Position numbers and translations under genes: made by a program
Shown here: positions 1 to 9,406 of the stretch, one piece after another
Position numbering within the stretch: the stretch's first letter is position 1
Layout: the number at the start of each line of letters is the position of its first letter
Notes under the pieces: model-generated
The model's input: the letters and a program-made list of their open reading frames with translations, nothing else
What the model was told of the DNA's origin: nothing
Databases searched by the model: none
From: an uncultured Bacilli bacterium
GTDB lineage: Bacteria > Bacillota_I > Bacilli_A > RF39 > UBA660
Direction: 5' to 3'
Length of the DNA: 43,541 nucleotides
Assembly: GCA_944329355.1 (NCBI GenBank)
Contig: CALVID010000006.1
Span: 1 to 43,541 of the forward strand

Positions 1-14
1 TTTACAAGTAATGA

Positions 15-40
15 AAAGCCTTAAAAATAAAGGCTTTTTT
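15..40. repeat. Inverted repeat / terminator-like hairpin just inside the putative att site
   Basis: AAAAGCCTT-aaaaata-AAGGCTTTT followed by a T-run. Confidence 0.5.
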
Positions 41-76
41 GATATTTTGCACTATATCACTAATTAGAGCTTTTTT

Positions 77-121
77 TTCATACCCGTAGGGTCGAGGGTT
101 CGAATCCCCCTCTCGCTACCA
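77..121 (+). mobile_element. 3' half of elongator tRNA-Met(CAT); probable attR site of an element integrated to the left of the window
   Basis: TTCATACCCGTAGGGTCGAGGGTTCGAATCCCCCTCTCGCTACCA reads as anticodon loop (CAT), 3' anticodon stem, T-arm (GGTTCGAATCC), 3' acceptor strand and CCA. The 5' anticodon-stem strand is replaced by a T-run and no 5' acceptor strand is present upstream. Confidence 0.75.
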
Positions 122-131
122 ATATGTATTT

Positions 132-162
132 AACTAGATAGCAATATCTAGTTTTTGTTTTA
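132..162 (+). terminator. Intrinsic terminator following the tRNA 3' end
   Basis: AACTAGATA-GCAA-TATCTAGTT followed by TTTGTTTT. Confidence 0.75.
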
Positions 163-222
163 ATCTTTTTAATAAACAAAAAAAAGAACTATAAAAAATC
201 ATTATCTAATTACAGTTCCTTT

Positions 223-1881
223 TTAAAATAATCCATCTATAATACCAGCATCATCAATATGCATCTTTTCATAAGCTGGGGTTTTTGAAAGTCCAGGCAT
301 TGTCATGATTTTACCCATATAAACAACAATAAAACCAGCTCCACTATTTACTTTAACATCCCTAACAGTTATTTCATAATCTTCAGGATAACCTAGTTTT
401 TTAGGATCATCACTAATAGAATATTGAGTTTTAGCAACACAAATTGGTAATTTGTCTAAATTCATTTTTTCAATCATTTCAATACTATCTAAAGCCTCGT
501 CTAAATACTTAATGCTAGAAGCATGGTAAATTTCTTTAGAAACTTTTTCAATTTTATTTTTTATACTTTCATTCTCATCATATAAAAGCTGAAATTCTTT
601 TTCATTATCACATAATCTAATAATCTTGTTAGCCAAATCTATAGCTCCTACGCCTCCATCTTGGTGAGAAGAAGAAACAGCAAACTCACAGTTCAATTTC
701 TTACAATAATCTTTTACAAATTCAATTTCCTCCTCATCATCAGAAACAAACTTATTTAAACAAACAACAAGATTATCTACATATTTTTTCATATTTTGAA
801 TGTGAACCTTTAAATTACAAATTCCCTTTTCCAAATAATTCATATTTTTATCATTTAGATCTTCTTTACTCATGCCACCATTGTATTTTAAACTTCTTAT
901 AGTAGCATTTACCACAATAACATTAGGCTTTAAATTACCTTTTCTACATTTAATATCTAAAAATTTCTCGGCTCCTAAATCTGCTCCAAAACCTGCCTCA
1001 GTTACCACATAATCTGCAAGCTTTAAACCTAACTTAGTAGCAATTAAACTATTACAACCATGTGCGATATTAGCAAAAGGTCCACCATGAATAATTACTG
1101 GATTATTCTCTAAAGTCTGAACCAAATTAGGTTTTATTGCATCTTTAAGTAAAATTGTCATAGCCTCTTCTACATGTAAATCTTTAACAAATAAAGGATC
1201 ACCATTTAAATCATAAGCAAACAAAATATTACTGATTTTTTCCTTTAAATCTTCTAAATCTTTAGCTAAACATAAAATAGCCATAATCTCAGTAGCCACG
1301 GTAATACAAAAATGATTTTCATGGCTTACATCTTTACCTAAATCTAAACCCACGCTAACCGTTCTAAGAGCCCTATCATTCATATCAACACATCTATTAA
1401 ATAAAATTTTATCCTTATCAATATTTAAACTATTACCTTGAAACAAATGATTATCAATCGCCGCACAAAGCAAATTATTTGCTGCTCCTATCGCATGCAT
1501 ATCACCAGTAAAATGCAAATTAATATCCTCCATAGGAACTACTTGTGAATATCCTCCACCAGCTGCTCCACCTTTTATTCCAAATACAGGCCCCAAAGAT
1601 GGTTCTCTTAGAACCGCTAAACTATTATATCCAAGCTTTCTCATAGCATCATGAATCCCAATACTCATAGTTGTCTTTCCTTCTCCAAAAGGTGTCGGAT
1701 TAATTGAAGTAACCAAAATCAGTTTACCATTTTCTTTTTTCGTTTTTTTTAAAATATCTAAATTAATCTTGGCTTTATATTTCCCATAACATTCTAAATA
1801 TTCATCAGAAATATGCAATTTTTCAGCTATTTTCTCTATCTCTTGCATATCACACTTTCTTGCTATCTCAATATCTGTCAT
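223..1881 (-). CDS. fhs: Formate--tetrahydrofolate ligase
   Basis: 552 aa; PTPFGEGKTT P-loop, LREPSLGPVFGIKGGAAGGG, HGGPFANIAHGCNS, TEAGFGADLGAEKF, IMTMPGL. Confidence 0.98.
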   Translation of the reverse strand: MTDIEIARKCDMQEIEKIAEKLHISDEYLECYGKYKAKINLDILKKTKKENGKLILVTSINPTPFGEGKTTMSIGIHDAMRKLGYNSLAVLREPSLGPVFGIKGGAAGGGYSQVVPMEDINLHFTGDMHAIGAANNLLCAAIDNHLFQGNSLNIDKDKILFNRCVDMNDRALRTVSVGLDLGKDVSHENHFCITVATEIMAILCLAKDLEDLKEKISNILFAYDLNGDPLFVKDLHVEEAMTILLKDAIKPNLVQTLENNPVIIHGGPFANIAHGCNSLIATKLGLKLADYVVTEAGFGADLGAEKFLDIKCRKGNLKPNVIVVNATIRSLKYNGGMSKEDLNDKNMNYLEKGICNLKVHIQNMKKYVDNLVVCLNKFVSDDEEEIEFVKDYCKKLNCEFAVSSSHQDGGVGAIDLANKIIRLCDNEKEFQLLYDENESIKNKIEKVSKEIYHASSIKYLDEALDSIEMIEKMNLDKLPICVAKTQYSISDDPKKLGYPEDYEITVRDVKVNSGAGFIVVYMGKIMTMPGLSKTPAYEKMHIDDAGIIDGLF

Positions 1882-1912
1882 AAAATCACTCCTTACAGAT
1901 ATTATACAACAT

Positions 1913-2686
1913 TTAATAAAATAAATTAATTATTTTTGCAAATAAATCATGAGATAAAGGTGCTGAATAACGAAAATGGGGTTTTTTTACAGTAATAGCT
2001 TTATATATTTTATTACAAATACTAGTTAAATTTCTTCGTTCAAATAACCATAAATAAACATTTTCGCTTTTTCTAATCAACTCCATTTGACTAGCAAAGA
2101 AAGAATTATAATTCATAAACTCATACTTTTTATCAAAGGCTAATTTATTAAAACCTGTCCTATATAAACCAGGTTCAACCAAAACAATATCGATATTAGC
2201 TGAAAGTAACATACTTTCATAATGCATAATAAGACTCATCATTGAAAGAGCTGCTTTAGTACCAGAATAACTTCCTAAAAAAGGTATTGGCATTTTACTA
2301 GTTAAAGAAGAAATAATAACAATTCTCCCTGATCCTTTCTCAATCATTTTTTTCGAAACTTTTTGTATAAGTTCAAAATTAGAAAATACATTTACCTCAA
2401 AATTTTCTCTTACTTTTTCAATAGGAATCTCAAACATTGACCCACTTTCTGCCATACCAGCATTACAAACTAAAATATCAATATCCAAACTTTCAATTTT
2501 TTTCAAATCATTCGTAATATCCAATTTAAAACATTTAACATTATCAAATTTTTCATACAATTTTCGCACTCTTTTTAATTCGCTATCAGTATGAACAGTT
2601 ATATATAAAAAATATTTACCTTTTAATCTCTGAATAACCGGATAAATTATACCACTTCTAGCTCCGGTAATTAATATCTTTTTCAT
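1913..2686 (-). CDS. Short-chain dehydrogenase/reductase (SDR family)
   Basis: N-terminal TGARSGI Rossmann motif, NAG, catalytic YSGTK, VEPG; SD AAGGAGG upstream. Confidence 0.92.
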   Translation of the reverse strand: MKKILITGARSGIIYPVIQRLKGKYFLYITVHTDSELKRVRKLYEKFDNVKCFKLDITNDLKKIESLDIDILVCNAGMAESGSMFEIPIEKVRENFEVNVFSNFELIQKVSKKMIEKGSGRIVIISSLTSKMPIPFLGSYSGTKAALSMMSLIMHYESMLLSANIDIVLVEPGLYRTGFNKLAFDKKYEFMNYNSFFASQMELIRKSENVYLWLFERRNLTSICNKIYKAITVKKPHFRYSAPLSHDLFAKIINLFY

Positions 2687-2736
2687 TTAATTTCCTCCTT
2701 CACTATTAATATAAACTTAATAACGTATGTTATACA

Positions 2737-2765
2737 TTGACAGTCATAAAAATAGCGAGTATAAT
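2737..2765 (+). promoter_or_regulatory. Perfect-consensus sigma-A promoter for the orphan gene at 2796
   Basis: TTGACA (2737-2742), 17-bp spacer, TATAAT (2760-2765); SD AAAGGAGG downstream. Confidence 0.85.
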
Positions 2766-2795
2766 ACATTTTACGTAACCTTAAAGGAGGAAAAA

Positions 2796-3380
2796 ATGGA
2801 CAATTCAGAATTTTACCAATATATAAAACTAATTAATAATCATCAAAACACAGTTGCACTAATAGACATAAAAGAATTTAGAAGATTAATAAGGTTTAAA
2901 GGTGAATATAAATGGATACCATTTAAAATAGGAGCATTACCAGCTATTCCTGTTAAAACCAGTAAATTTCAAGAAAATTTCAGAAATACCAATGAATTTG
3001 TCAGCATAAGAATAACTCCTGTATGGAGTTTTCTTACCAACGGAGAAAAAATTATAACTCCAAATATCGAAATGTTTGAATTTAAAGAACACAGCAATTA
3101 TAATCCACGCTATACAATCACTAGAAAAATAGGTCCAAATCAGCATTATTTTTCAAATACTAATTGGCAAAATATTCCAAGTCATATTTTAGTACAGCCT
3201 AATAATGCAATTGAATGGATCAAAAAAAGTAATGCTACATTACTAACTCCTACAGATCCACAAATATTAGATAAATTTTTACAAATATACCAACCAGAAT
3301 TACAACAATTCAATGAATTATACCAAGAAAGTGTAGAGACAACAAAAGAATTAAAATCATATCAAAAGAAAATAAAATAG
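2796..3380 (+). CDS. Hypothetical orphan protein (~194 aa; true start likely ATG 2796, not 2727)
   Basis: Open frame with perfect promoter, AAGGAGG SD and downstream hairpin; no recognisable family motif. Confidence 0.8.
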   Translation: MDNSEFYQYIKLINNHQNTVALIDIKEFRRLIRFKGEYKWIPFKIGALPAIPVKTSKFQENFRNTNEFVSIRITPVWSFLTNGEKIITPNIEMFEFKEHSNYNPRYTITRKIGPNQHYFSNTNWQNIPSHILVQPNNAIEWIKKSNATLLTPTDPQILDKFLQIYQPELQQFNELYQESVETTKELKSYQKKIK

Positions 3381-3405
3381 CCCCTATAAAACGGAGCTAT
3401 TTTTT
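3374..3405. terminator. Bidirectional terminator between convergent genes
   Basis: AAAATAGC...GCTATTTTTT imperfect inverted repeat with A/T tails. Confidence 0.6.
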
Positions 3406-3565
3406 ACATCATATTATCTAACTGATCCGTCAGCTCTTCAGCTTGATGAGCAGCATTTCCAAAAGCTTTTTTCATAGCTTTCATAACTGGCTTATTATAC
3501 TTCTGATAAGCCAAAGTTACTGCACCACCCATTGCCATTAAAGCAACATTTTTTATCATATTCAT
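3404..3565 (-). CDS. Small 53-aa protein missing from the ORF track, YrzQ/DUF3918-like
   Basis: MNMIKNVALMAMGGAVTLAYQKYNKPVMKAMKKAFGNAAHQAEELTDQLDNMM*; SD AGGTGA 4 nt upstream; short hydrophobic N-terminal helix then an M/K-rich helix; lies directly downstream of recD2. Confidence 0.7.
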   Translation of the reverse strand: MNMIKNVALMAMGGAVTLAYQKYNKPVMKAMKKAFGNAAHQAEELTDQLDNMM

Positions 3566-3622
3566 TATATCACCTACTTGTCAGAAACATGATGTTGTAT
3601 GTTTATAACATACATTTATATT

Positions 3623-5845
3623 TTAAGAACTTTTTTCAAATCTATACCTAATTTTATCCAAAAATTTTGAATTTCTCATATATTCATTATTATTGTAAAC
3701 ACACGAAGCAAACGCATCAGGCTCACCTATTAAAATAAGTTTTTTCTTAGCCCTCGTTACACCTGTATAAACAAGCTTTTTATAAAGCATACGCTTATAT
3801 GAATGAGCCATTGGCATAATCACCATCTCAAACTCACTACCTTGACTTTTATGAATACTAATAATAAAACCATGTTTTATTTTTGAAAAATCTTTAGGCG
3901 TATACTTTACCAAATTACCATCAAAGTCAACATAAATTTCATCTTTTTTACTTTTACTTGTATTTCCATATTTAATATATCTTATAATTCCAATATCACC
4001 ATTAAACACATTTTCCTCAGGCATATTCACCAGCTGTAAAATTTTATCATGTTCTCTAAAAATAACATTACCGGATTTAATTTCTCTTTTTTCTAATGTC
4101 TTCGGATTAAAAACATCTTGCAGTTCTTTATTTAAAGCATCAATACCATTTTCACCTTTATACATAGGAGCCAAAACTTGTAATCTTTTATAATCATAAC
4201 CTTTACTAATGACTTTTTCACAAAGCCTAATCAAATTACTTTTAATATGATTGGCCGAACATTTTAAAAATGTATAATCATCATACGAATTTAAAAAATT
4301 ATCACTAAGTTGACCATCTTTAATTTCATAAGCTAAAGAAGTAATATAAGAATTTTCATCCTGTCTATATAAATGGTTTAAATGCACAACATCAATCATA
4401 CCACTGCATATTAAATCTTTAAGCAAACACCCAGGACCCACACTAGGTAATTGATCATAATCACCTACCAAAATTATTTTTACATTTCTTTTAAGTCCCT
4501 TTAACAAACTATCGAATAAATTAATATCTATCATACTAACTTCATCAACAATAACTAAATCAACTTTCGATTTATTATTTTCATTAACCATAAAATCCCC
4601 AGTATCTTTATTCCATTTTAAAAATCTATGAATAGTTGATGCTGGCAAGAAAGTAGACTCACTCATCCTTTTACTCGCTCTGCCAGTAGGAGCAAGCAAA
4701 GCTAATCTTTCTGTAAATTTATCATAATCAAGTTTATTAATATGCTGATAAAGTTCTGTAATAGCTTTAATAATCGTTGTTTTACCAGTTCCAGGTCCGC
4801 CAGTAATAATCAATATATTATTTTCTAAAGCTTTAATAATAGCTTTTTTTTGTTCATCATTATAATTTATATTATTGATTTTTTCCAGTTCCATAAGTAA
4901 TTCATCTAATTTTTTATATTTATATAAAGGTTTTACCGCTAAATCATATAACCTTTCTACAATATTTGCTTCTGCGTTCCAAATCTCTTCCAAATAATAA
5001 TCTTCACCATCTATCACCAAATAGCCCAAATCAGCAAGTTCTTTTAAAATCTCATCATAATTATCATAATCAATATTTAAAAATCTATTCACATTTCTAA
5101 TAATAGCACTTTTACTTAAATAACTATCTCCATTTTGATAAACTAATTTTTTTAAAACATATAAAGTACCCGCTTTTATTCTCCTAATATCCACACCATT
5201 TATATCAAGCAAATTAGCTACTTTATCTATTTTTAAAAACGAAATATCTGGCAAATTATAAGAAATTTGATAAATGTTTTCATCAATAATTTTTATCGTA
5301 TTTGATTTATATTCATTATAAATACTAAGTGCTTCTCGCATTGTAAAACCTAAATCTATTAATTTTGCAATAACCTGATGACTTTCTTCATATTTTTTCA
5401 ACACATTAATGATTTTTCTAATCTTACTTTCAGTAAGTTTAGGCACCAAATAAAGCGCACTTTCATCTTCCAAAATCTTATCTAAAGCATTATCGCCTAA
5501 CACATCCACAATATTTTTCGCTAGTTTTTCGCCAACTCCTGGAAATAAATCACTAGATAAAAATTCTACCACGGCTTCCTTACCAGTTGGTCTTAATCTT
5601 TCATATCTATTAGTTTGAAACTGAAAACCATATCTTGGATGATTTATCGCTTCACCATATAAAATATAAGTATCATCCTCATTAAGTTCATGAAAATAAC
5701 CAGTAAAAGTTATAGTATGATTGACGTACTCCTTCAATAGTTCATCATTAGTTTCCCTCACCTTAAAAAGTCCAATAACATAACCTTTATCAGACTTAAA
5801 AATACTACGGCGATAATTTCCTTTAACATAACTTTCCATAGTCAT
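3623..5845 (-). CDS. recD2: ATP-dependent RecD-like DNA helicase (RecD2/YrrC)
   Basis: 740 aa; N-terminal HPRYGFQF and HhH (FPGVGEK), GGPGTGKTT, APTGRA, DEVSM, GDYDQLPSVGPG, SIHKSQGSEF, YTGVTRAK. Confidence 0.96.
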   Translation of the reverse strand: MTMESYVKGNYRRSIFKSDKGYVIGLFKVRETNDELLKEYVNHTITFTGYFHELNEDDTYILYGEAINHPRYGFQFQTNRYERLRPTGKEAVVEFLSSDLFPGVGEKLAKNIVDVLGDNALDKILEDESALYLVPKLTESKIRKIINVLKKYEESHQVIAKLIDLGFTMREALSIYNEYKSNTIKIIDENIYQISYNLPDISFLKIDKVANLLDINGVDIRRIKAGTLYVLKKLVYQNGDSYLSKSAIIRNVNRFLNIDYDNYDEILKELADLGYLVIDGEDYYLEEIWNAEANIVERLYDLAVKPLYKYKKLDELLMELEKINNINYNDEQKKAIIKALENNILIITGGPGTGKTTIIKAITELYQHINKLDYDKFTERLALLAPTGRASKRMSESTFLPASTIHRFLKWNKDTGDFMVNENNKSKVDLVIVDEVSMIDINLFDSLLKGLKRNVKIILVGDYDQLPSVGPGCLLKDLICSGMIDVVHLNHLYRQDENSYITSLAYEIKDGQLSDNFLNSYDDYTFLKCSANHIKSNLIRLCEKVISKGYDYKRLQVLAPMYKGENGIDALNKELQDVFNPKTLEKREIKSGNVIFREHDKILQLVNMPEENVFNGDIGIIRYIKYGNTSKSKKDEIYVDFDGNLVKYTPKDFSKIKHGFIISIHKSQGSEFEMVIMPMAHSYKRMLYKKLVYTGVTRAKKKLILIGEPDAFASCVYNNNEYMRNSKFLDKIRYRFEKSS

Positions 5846-5939
5846 TTTCCTTTCATAAATTATTGTTAGAACACATTAAATAATCTCTTTGAGCATTTTT
5901 AATATTTGTATGCCCTTATATTTTATCCTTATCAAGATC

Positions 5940-5968
5940 ACTATATCACATACATATGTTCCTGTAAA
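5940..5968 (-). promoter_or_regulatory. Sigma-A promoter of recD2 with a possible LexA (SOS) box in the spacer
   Basis: Minus strand TTTACA-17 bp-TATAGT; spacer contains GAAC-ATAT-GTAT (imperfect GAAC-N4-GTTC). Confidence 0.5.
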
Positions 5969-6028
5969 TAGGATTTTGTAAATTTTTACCATTTACAAAA
6001 CAAATCCCACTACATAAAAAACTAAAGG

Positions 6029-6457
6029 TTACATCTGTTTCCCTTTAGTTTGTGCTTCTTCAACATAACTTTTAGCCCAATCCTCTGCTCGCATACCATT
6101 ATATTCGGCTACGTGCTGACCATCAGGAGTTTCAATATAAGAATAAAGAGGGTTTTTCGTTACTTGCAAAGTTGCACCTCCAGGCATTGCTACTTCCTCC
6201 ACCACAGCTGTATTATCCATCATACTTTGATATTGAAGATGACTTTGATAAGCACTAGCACCTAAAGTTGCTGCTACAATAGCACCAGCTATAAGAAGAG
6301 TTTTCAATTTAGTTCCTTTCTGCGTTTTATAAGAACAATCAGTTCTTGGCAAATTAGATATTTGAATATTATATTCATCTTCGTATGATGATAAATTATC
6401 TCTAAATGGAGTAGTATTTACCATATTATTACTTACACTATTTGGATATTCATTCAT
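6029..6457 (-). CDS. Hypothetical single-pass membrane protein
   Basis: 142 aa; central hydrophobic segment LLIAGAIVAATLGASAY; SD GAGGTG. Confidence 0.75.
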   Translation of the reverse strand: MNEYPNSVSNNMVNTTPFRDNLSSYEDEYNIQISNLPRTDCSYKTQKGTKLKTLLIAGAIVAATLGASAYQSHLQYQSMMDNTAVVEEVAMPGGATLQVTKNPLYSYIETPDGQHVAEYNGMRAEDWAKSYVEEAQTKGKQM

Positions 6458-6487
6458 GATATCACCTCTATTACTATTATAACAAAA

Positions 6488-7762
6488 TTATTTATTTAAT
6501 ACAAAATTTTTTATACTTCCATGTAAATATGGATAATCAACTTTACTAATCTTTACTTTAACTTCTTTATTTAATAAAGCTTTTTCTCCTTTAACTTTAA
6601 TCAACAAATAATTTCCTGTATGTCCAATTAAATAACCATTTTCATATACCTCGGGTATAAATATAACCTCTTTTCCAACATGCCTATTCATATAATTAAT
6701 TTCTAAAGCCTCAGACAACTTTATAAGCTTTCTTACCCTCTCTTTTTTTATATTACCAGGAATTTTATTAGACATTTTACTAGCCATAGTTCCTTCTCTA
6801 TCAGAATATGGAAACACATGTAACTTTGAAAATCCAATTTCCTTTATAGTCTCCACGCTTTCTTCAAATAATTCATCACTTTCACTAGGAAAACCGACAA
6901 TTATATCAGTAGTTATATTCATATCAGGTTTAATTTCCTTGATTTTTGCAATTTTTTTAATAAAATATTCCTTATCATATTTTCTATTCATTTTTTTTAA
7001 AATCTCATCACTTCCAGATTGCAAAGGTATATGCATATGATTAACCAGTACATCACTTTTTTCAATAACATCTAAAACATCATTGTTTAATTCGGTAATT
7101 TCAATAGACGAAATTCTAAGCCTTTTAAGACCATCTAACTTCACTAAATCTTTCAATAAATCAGCAAAACTATAATTGCCATCATGATAATGTCCTGTAT
7201 GAATTCCTGTCAAAACAATCTCTTTATGACCATTTTTAATCAAAGTTTTTGCCTCTTCTATTACCTTTTCATGTCCTTTGCTTCTAACATGTCCCCTTAC
7301 ATATGGAATAATACAATAAGAGCAATAATTATCACACCCATCTTCAATTTTGATATAAGCTCTTGTTAAATCAAAATTATTCAGCGTCATATTTTCAAAA
7401 TCCGCATTATTCATATCCTCAACTGCATAAATTCTTTCATTCTTAAACTCATTAATGTAATCGATAATCTTTGTTTTATGTTTATTTCCAATTATAATGT
7501 CCGCCGGTACATCCAGATTGTCTTTTTTATTTTGAATCATACACCCAGCTACAATTAAAATTGCTTTAGGAAATTCTTTCCTAAGCCTTCTAATTATCTT
7601 CTTAGATTTACTATCAGCCGTATTAGTTACAGTGCAAGTATTAACAATACAAATATCTGGATTATCTGACTTAATATATCCCTGATTTTCTAATAAATTA
7701 GCCATTACCTCGCTCTCGTATTCATTAACCTTGCACCCTAAGGTAAAAATTTTATATTTCAT
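6488..7762 (-). CDS. mtaB: tRNA t6A37 methylthiotransferase MtaB
   Basis: TLGCKVNEYES, NTCTVT, radical-SAM GCDNYCSYC, LTGIHTG, LHVFPYS, C-terminal TRAM-like domain. Confidence 0.95.
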   Translation of the reverse strand: MKYKIFTLGCKVNEYESEVMANLLENQGYIKSDNPDICIVNTCTVTNTADSKSKKIIRRLRKEFPKAILIVAGCMIQNKKDNLDVPADIIIGNKHKTKIIDYINEFKNERIYAVEDMNNADFENMTLNNFDLTRAYIKIEDGCDNYCSYCIIPYVRGHVRSKGHEKVIEEAKTLIKNGHKEIVLTGIHTGHYHDGNYSFADLLKDLVKLDGLKRLRISSIEITELNNDVLDVIEKSDVLVNHMHIPLQSGSDEILKKMNRKYDKEYFIKKIAKIKEIKPDMNITTDIIVGFPSESDELFEESVETIKEIGFSKLHVFPYSDREGTMASKMSNKIPGNIKKERVRKLIKLSEALEINYMNRHVGKEVIFIPEVYENGYLIGHTGNYLLIKVKGEKALLNKEVKVKISKVDYPYLHGSIKNFVLNK

Positions 7763-7796
7763 ATACTATCCCCCTAAAGAAAAAAAGCCATCCGGC

Positions 7797-8495
7797 TTAT
7801 AAATTTCTTCTAAATTCTTTAAGTGAATTTAAAAAATCAATGTTGTTTTCTTTTTCACTTTCAGTATTAATTTCTTCATAAGCTCTACCTATTATACCAT
7901 TACTTTGTGATTTTGGGGAGCTTTTTTCTTTAGTATCTTTTTGAATACCATATATTGGTGAAATAATATCAGAATTTTTAAATCCATGATACTCTTCTTT
8001 TTTCATTGGTTTAACACTTTCAACATGAGCATGTTCATTATAAGTATTCATTGCTTCATGTACTTTCATATCCGCTTGGCTTTCAACATGAGCTTCATAT
8101 TGATCAGCTTGTTTTTTTAATTTTTCTGCTTGTGCCATCAATTCTTGATAACTGATAATTGCATTTTCTTCTTGCTCTCTTTCAAACTCATCAATATTAT
8201 CTTTTTGTTCTTCTTGTTTATCTAAATCTGCACTCATCTGCATATAAACGCGTTCCAATTCCTCTTTAGCTTTTTTTTGCTCATCAGTCATATCGTTTAC
8301 TTGAGTATCCACATTTTGTTTCATAGCTTCTTCTAAATTATCCTCATTATCAAAACGCTCATCTTCACTAATTGGCTTTACTCTATCACCTTTAATAGCT
8401 ACCTTAAATATAATTGTAGCCACTACTAAAATAGCCAAAAATATAATCCCTATTATAATTAAATCTCTATCAGCAATCTCAAATAAAATATTCAT
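7797..8495 (-). CDS. Hypothetical membrane-anchored acidic coiled-coil protein (start probably ATG 8495)
   Basis: N-terminal TM helix, E/Q-rich heptads, FKNSDIISPIYG motif, amphipathic C-terminus; SD GGAGTGG before MNILF. Confidence 0.75.
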   Translation of the reverse strand: MNILFEIADRDLIIIGIIFLAILVVATIIFKVAIKGDRVKPISEDERFDNEDNLEEAMKQNVDTQVNDMTDEQKKAKEELERVYMQMSADLDKQEEQKDNIDEFEREQEENAIISYQELMAQAEKLKKQADQYEAHVESQADMKVHEAMNTYNEHAHVESVKPMKKEEYHGFKNSDIISPIYGIQKDTKEKSSPKSQSNGIIGRAYEEINTESEKENNIDFLNSLKEFRRNL

Positions 8496-8676
8496 ACAAT
8501 CCACTCCAAATACTAAAAGCCTAAAATGAAATAAAAAACAAAGCAAATTTGTTCCTAGGCTTATACACTATATACAGTGTACCACAAACTAAATTTTTTT
8601 CAAAGGCTTTATCGACATTTTTTTACAGATTTTAAAATGCCTATTAATATTATTGTTTTTTTAAACAAATTTATTC

Positions 8677-8703
8677 AAAAAAAGATAGGATCAAACCTAT
8701 CTT
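8677..8703 (-). terminator. Intrinsic terminator after the zinc-ribbon gene pair
   Basis: AAGATAGG-atcaaa-CCTATCTT with an A-run on + (U-tract on -). Confidence 0.7.
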
Positions 8704-9394
8704 ATGAAAATATAAATGATAATATAAATAATAGTACACCATAAAATACTGTCGTAAGTAAATAAATATATCCGTGTTTATTCTCATCTGTAACCCCTAA
8801 ATTTTCAATTCCTTTAAATATATAAACAGTATTTAAAACAGAGCCAAGTAAGAAAATCACTACACCTAAAACCACATTTACAAACATAAAAATTGAAGCT
8901 ACAAGTAAAGATATAGATAAAATAACAGAATTTACTCCATACATAGCAAAGACCTTTTTAAAACTCTTATCACCTTTAAAAATAACAGAATTTACCAAAT
9001 ATAAAAGTCCTGTATAAACAAAGATAAATATAACTGCTACTACTAAACATACAAAGAATATTTTTAAATATGGTATCTGTGTAGCTACAGCACCCATAGT
9101 ATAAAGTGAAATTCCACCCATTGAACTAGTAGCCACATCTGATAAATTTTTTACAAAAGATAAAACAAATAAAGATATCACTACGCTGAATATTCCTAAT
9201 AAAATTAAAGCTAAACTAAAGTGTTTATCATTACTATAAGTTTTAATAGTATCAACAGGTTTAACAAACATACCTTTTATAACATCTACAAAACTCGTTC
9301 CCAAGCTTTCTGATTGCCCTTGCACATTAGCTTGACAACTACATACTTCTCCTTCATTTAATTGTTTACCACAATGAATACAAAATTTTGCCAT
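8702..9394 (-). CDS. Zinc-ribbon / Yip1-like multipass membrane protein
   Basis: FCIHCG...VCSC at the N-terminus followed by about five hydrophobic helices. Confidence 0.75.
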   Translation of the reverse strand: MAKFCIHCGKQLNEGEVCSCQANVQGQSESLGTSFVDVIKGMFVKPVDTIKTYSNDKHFSLALILLGIFSVVISLFVLSFVKNLSDVATSSMGGISLYTMGAVATQIPYLKIFFVCLVVAVIFIFVYTGLLYLVNSVIFKGDKSFKKVFAMYGVNSVILSISLLVASIFMFVNVVLGVVIFLLGSVLNTVYIFKGIENLGVTDENKHGYIYLLTTVFYGVLLFILSFIFS

Positions 9395-9406
9395 TAATTC
9401 TCCTCC

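Noticed and set aside
45-121. Complete tRNA-Met gene
   Set aside because: No 5' acceptor strand complementary to TCTCGCT, and the 5' anticodon stem is a T-run, so it cannot fold as a cloverleaf; treated as a 3' fragment.
8611-8617. Spo0A-box-like TGTCGAT (minus strand) upstream of the 7797-8495 gene
   Set aside because: A single 7-mer with one mismatch; expected by chance in a window this size.
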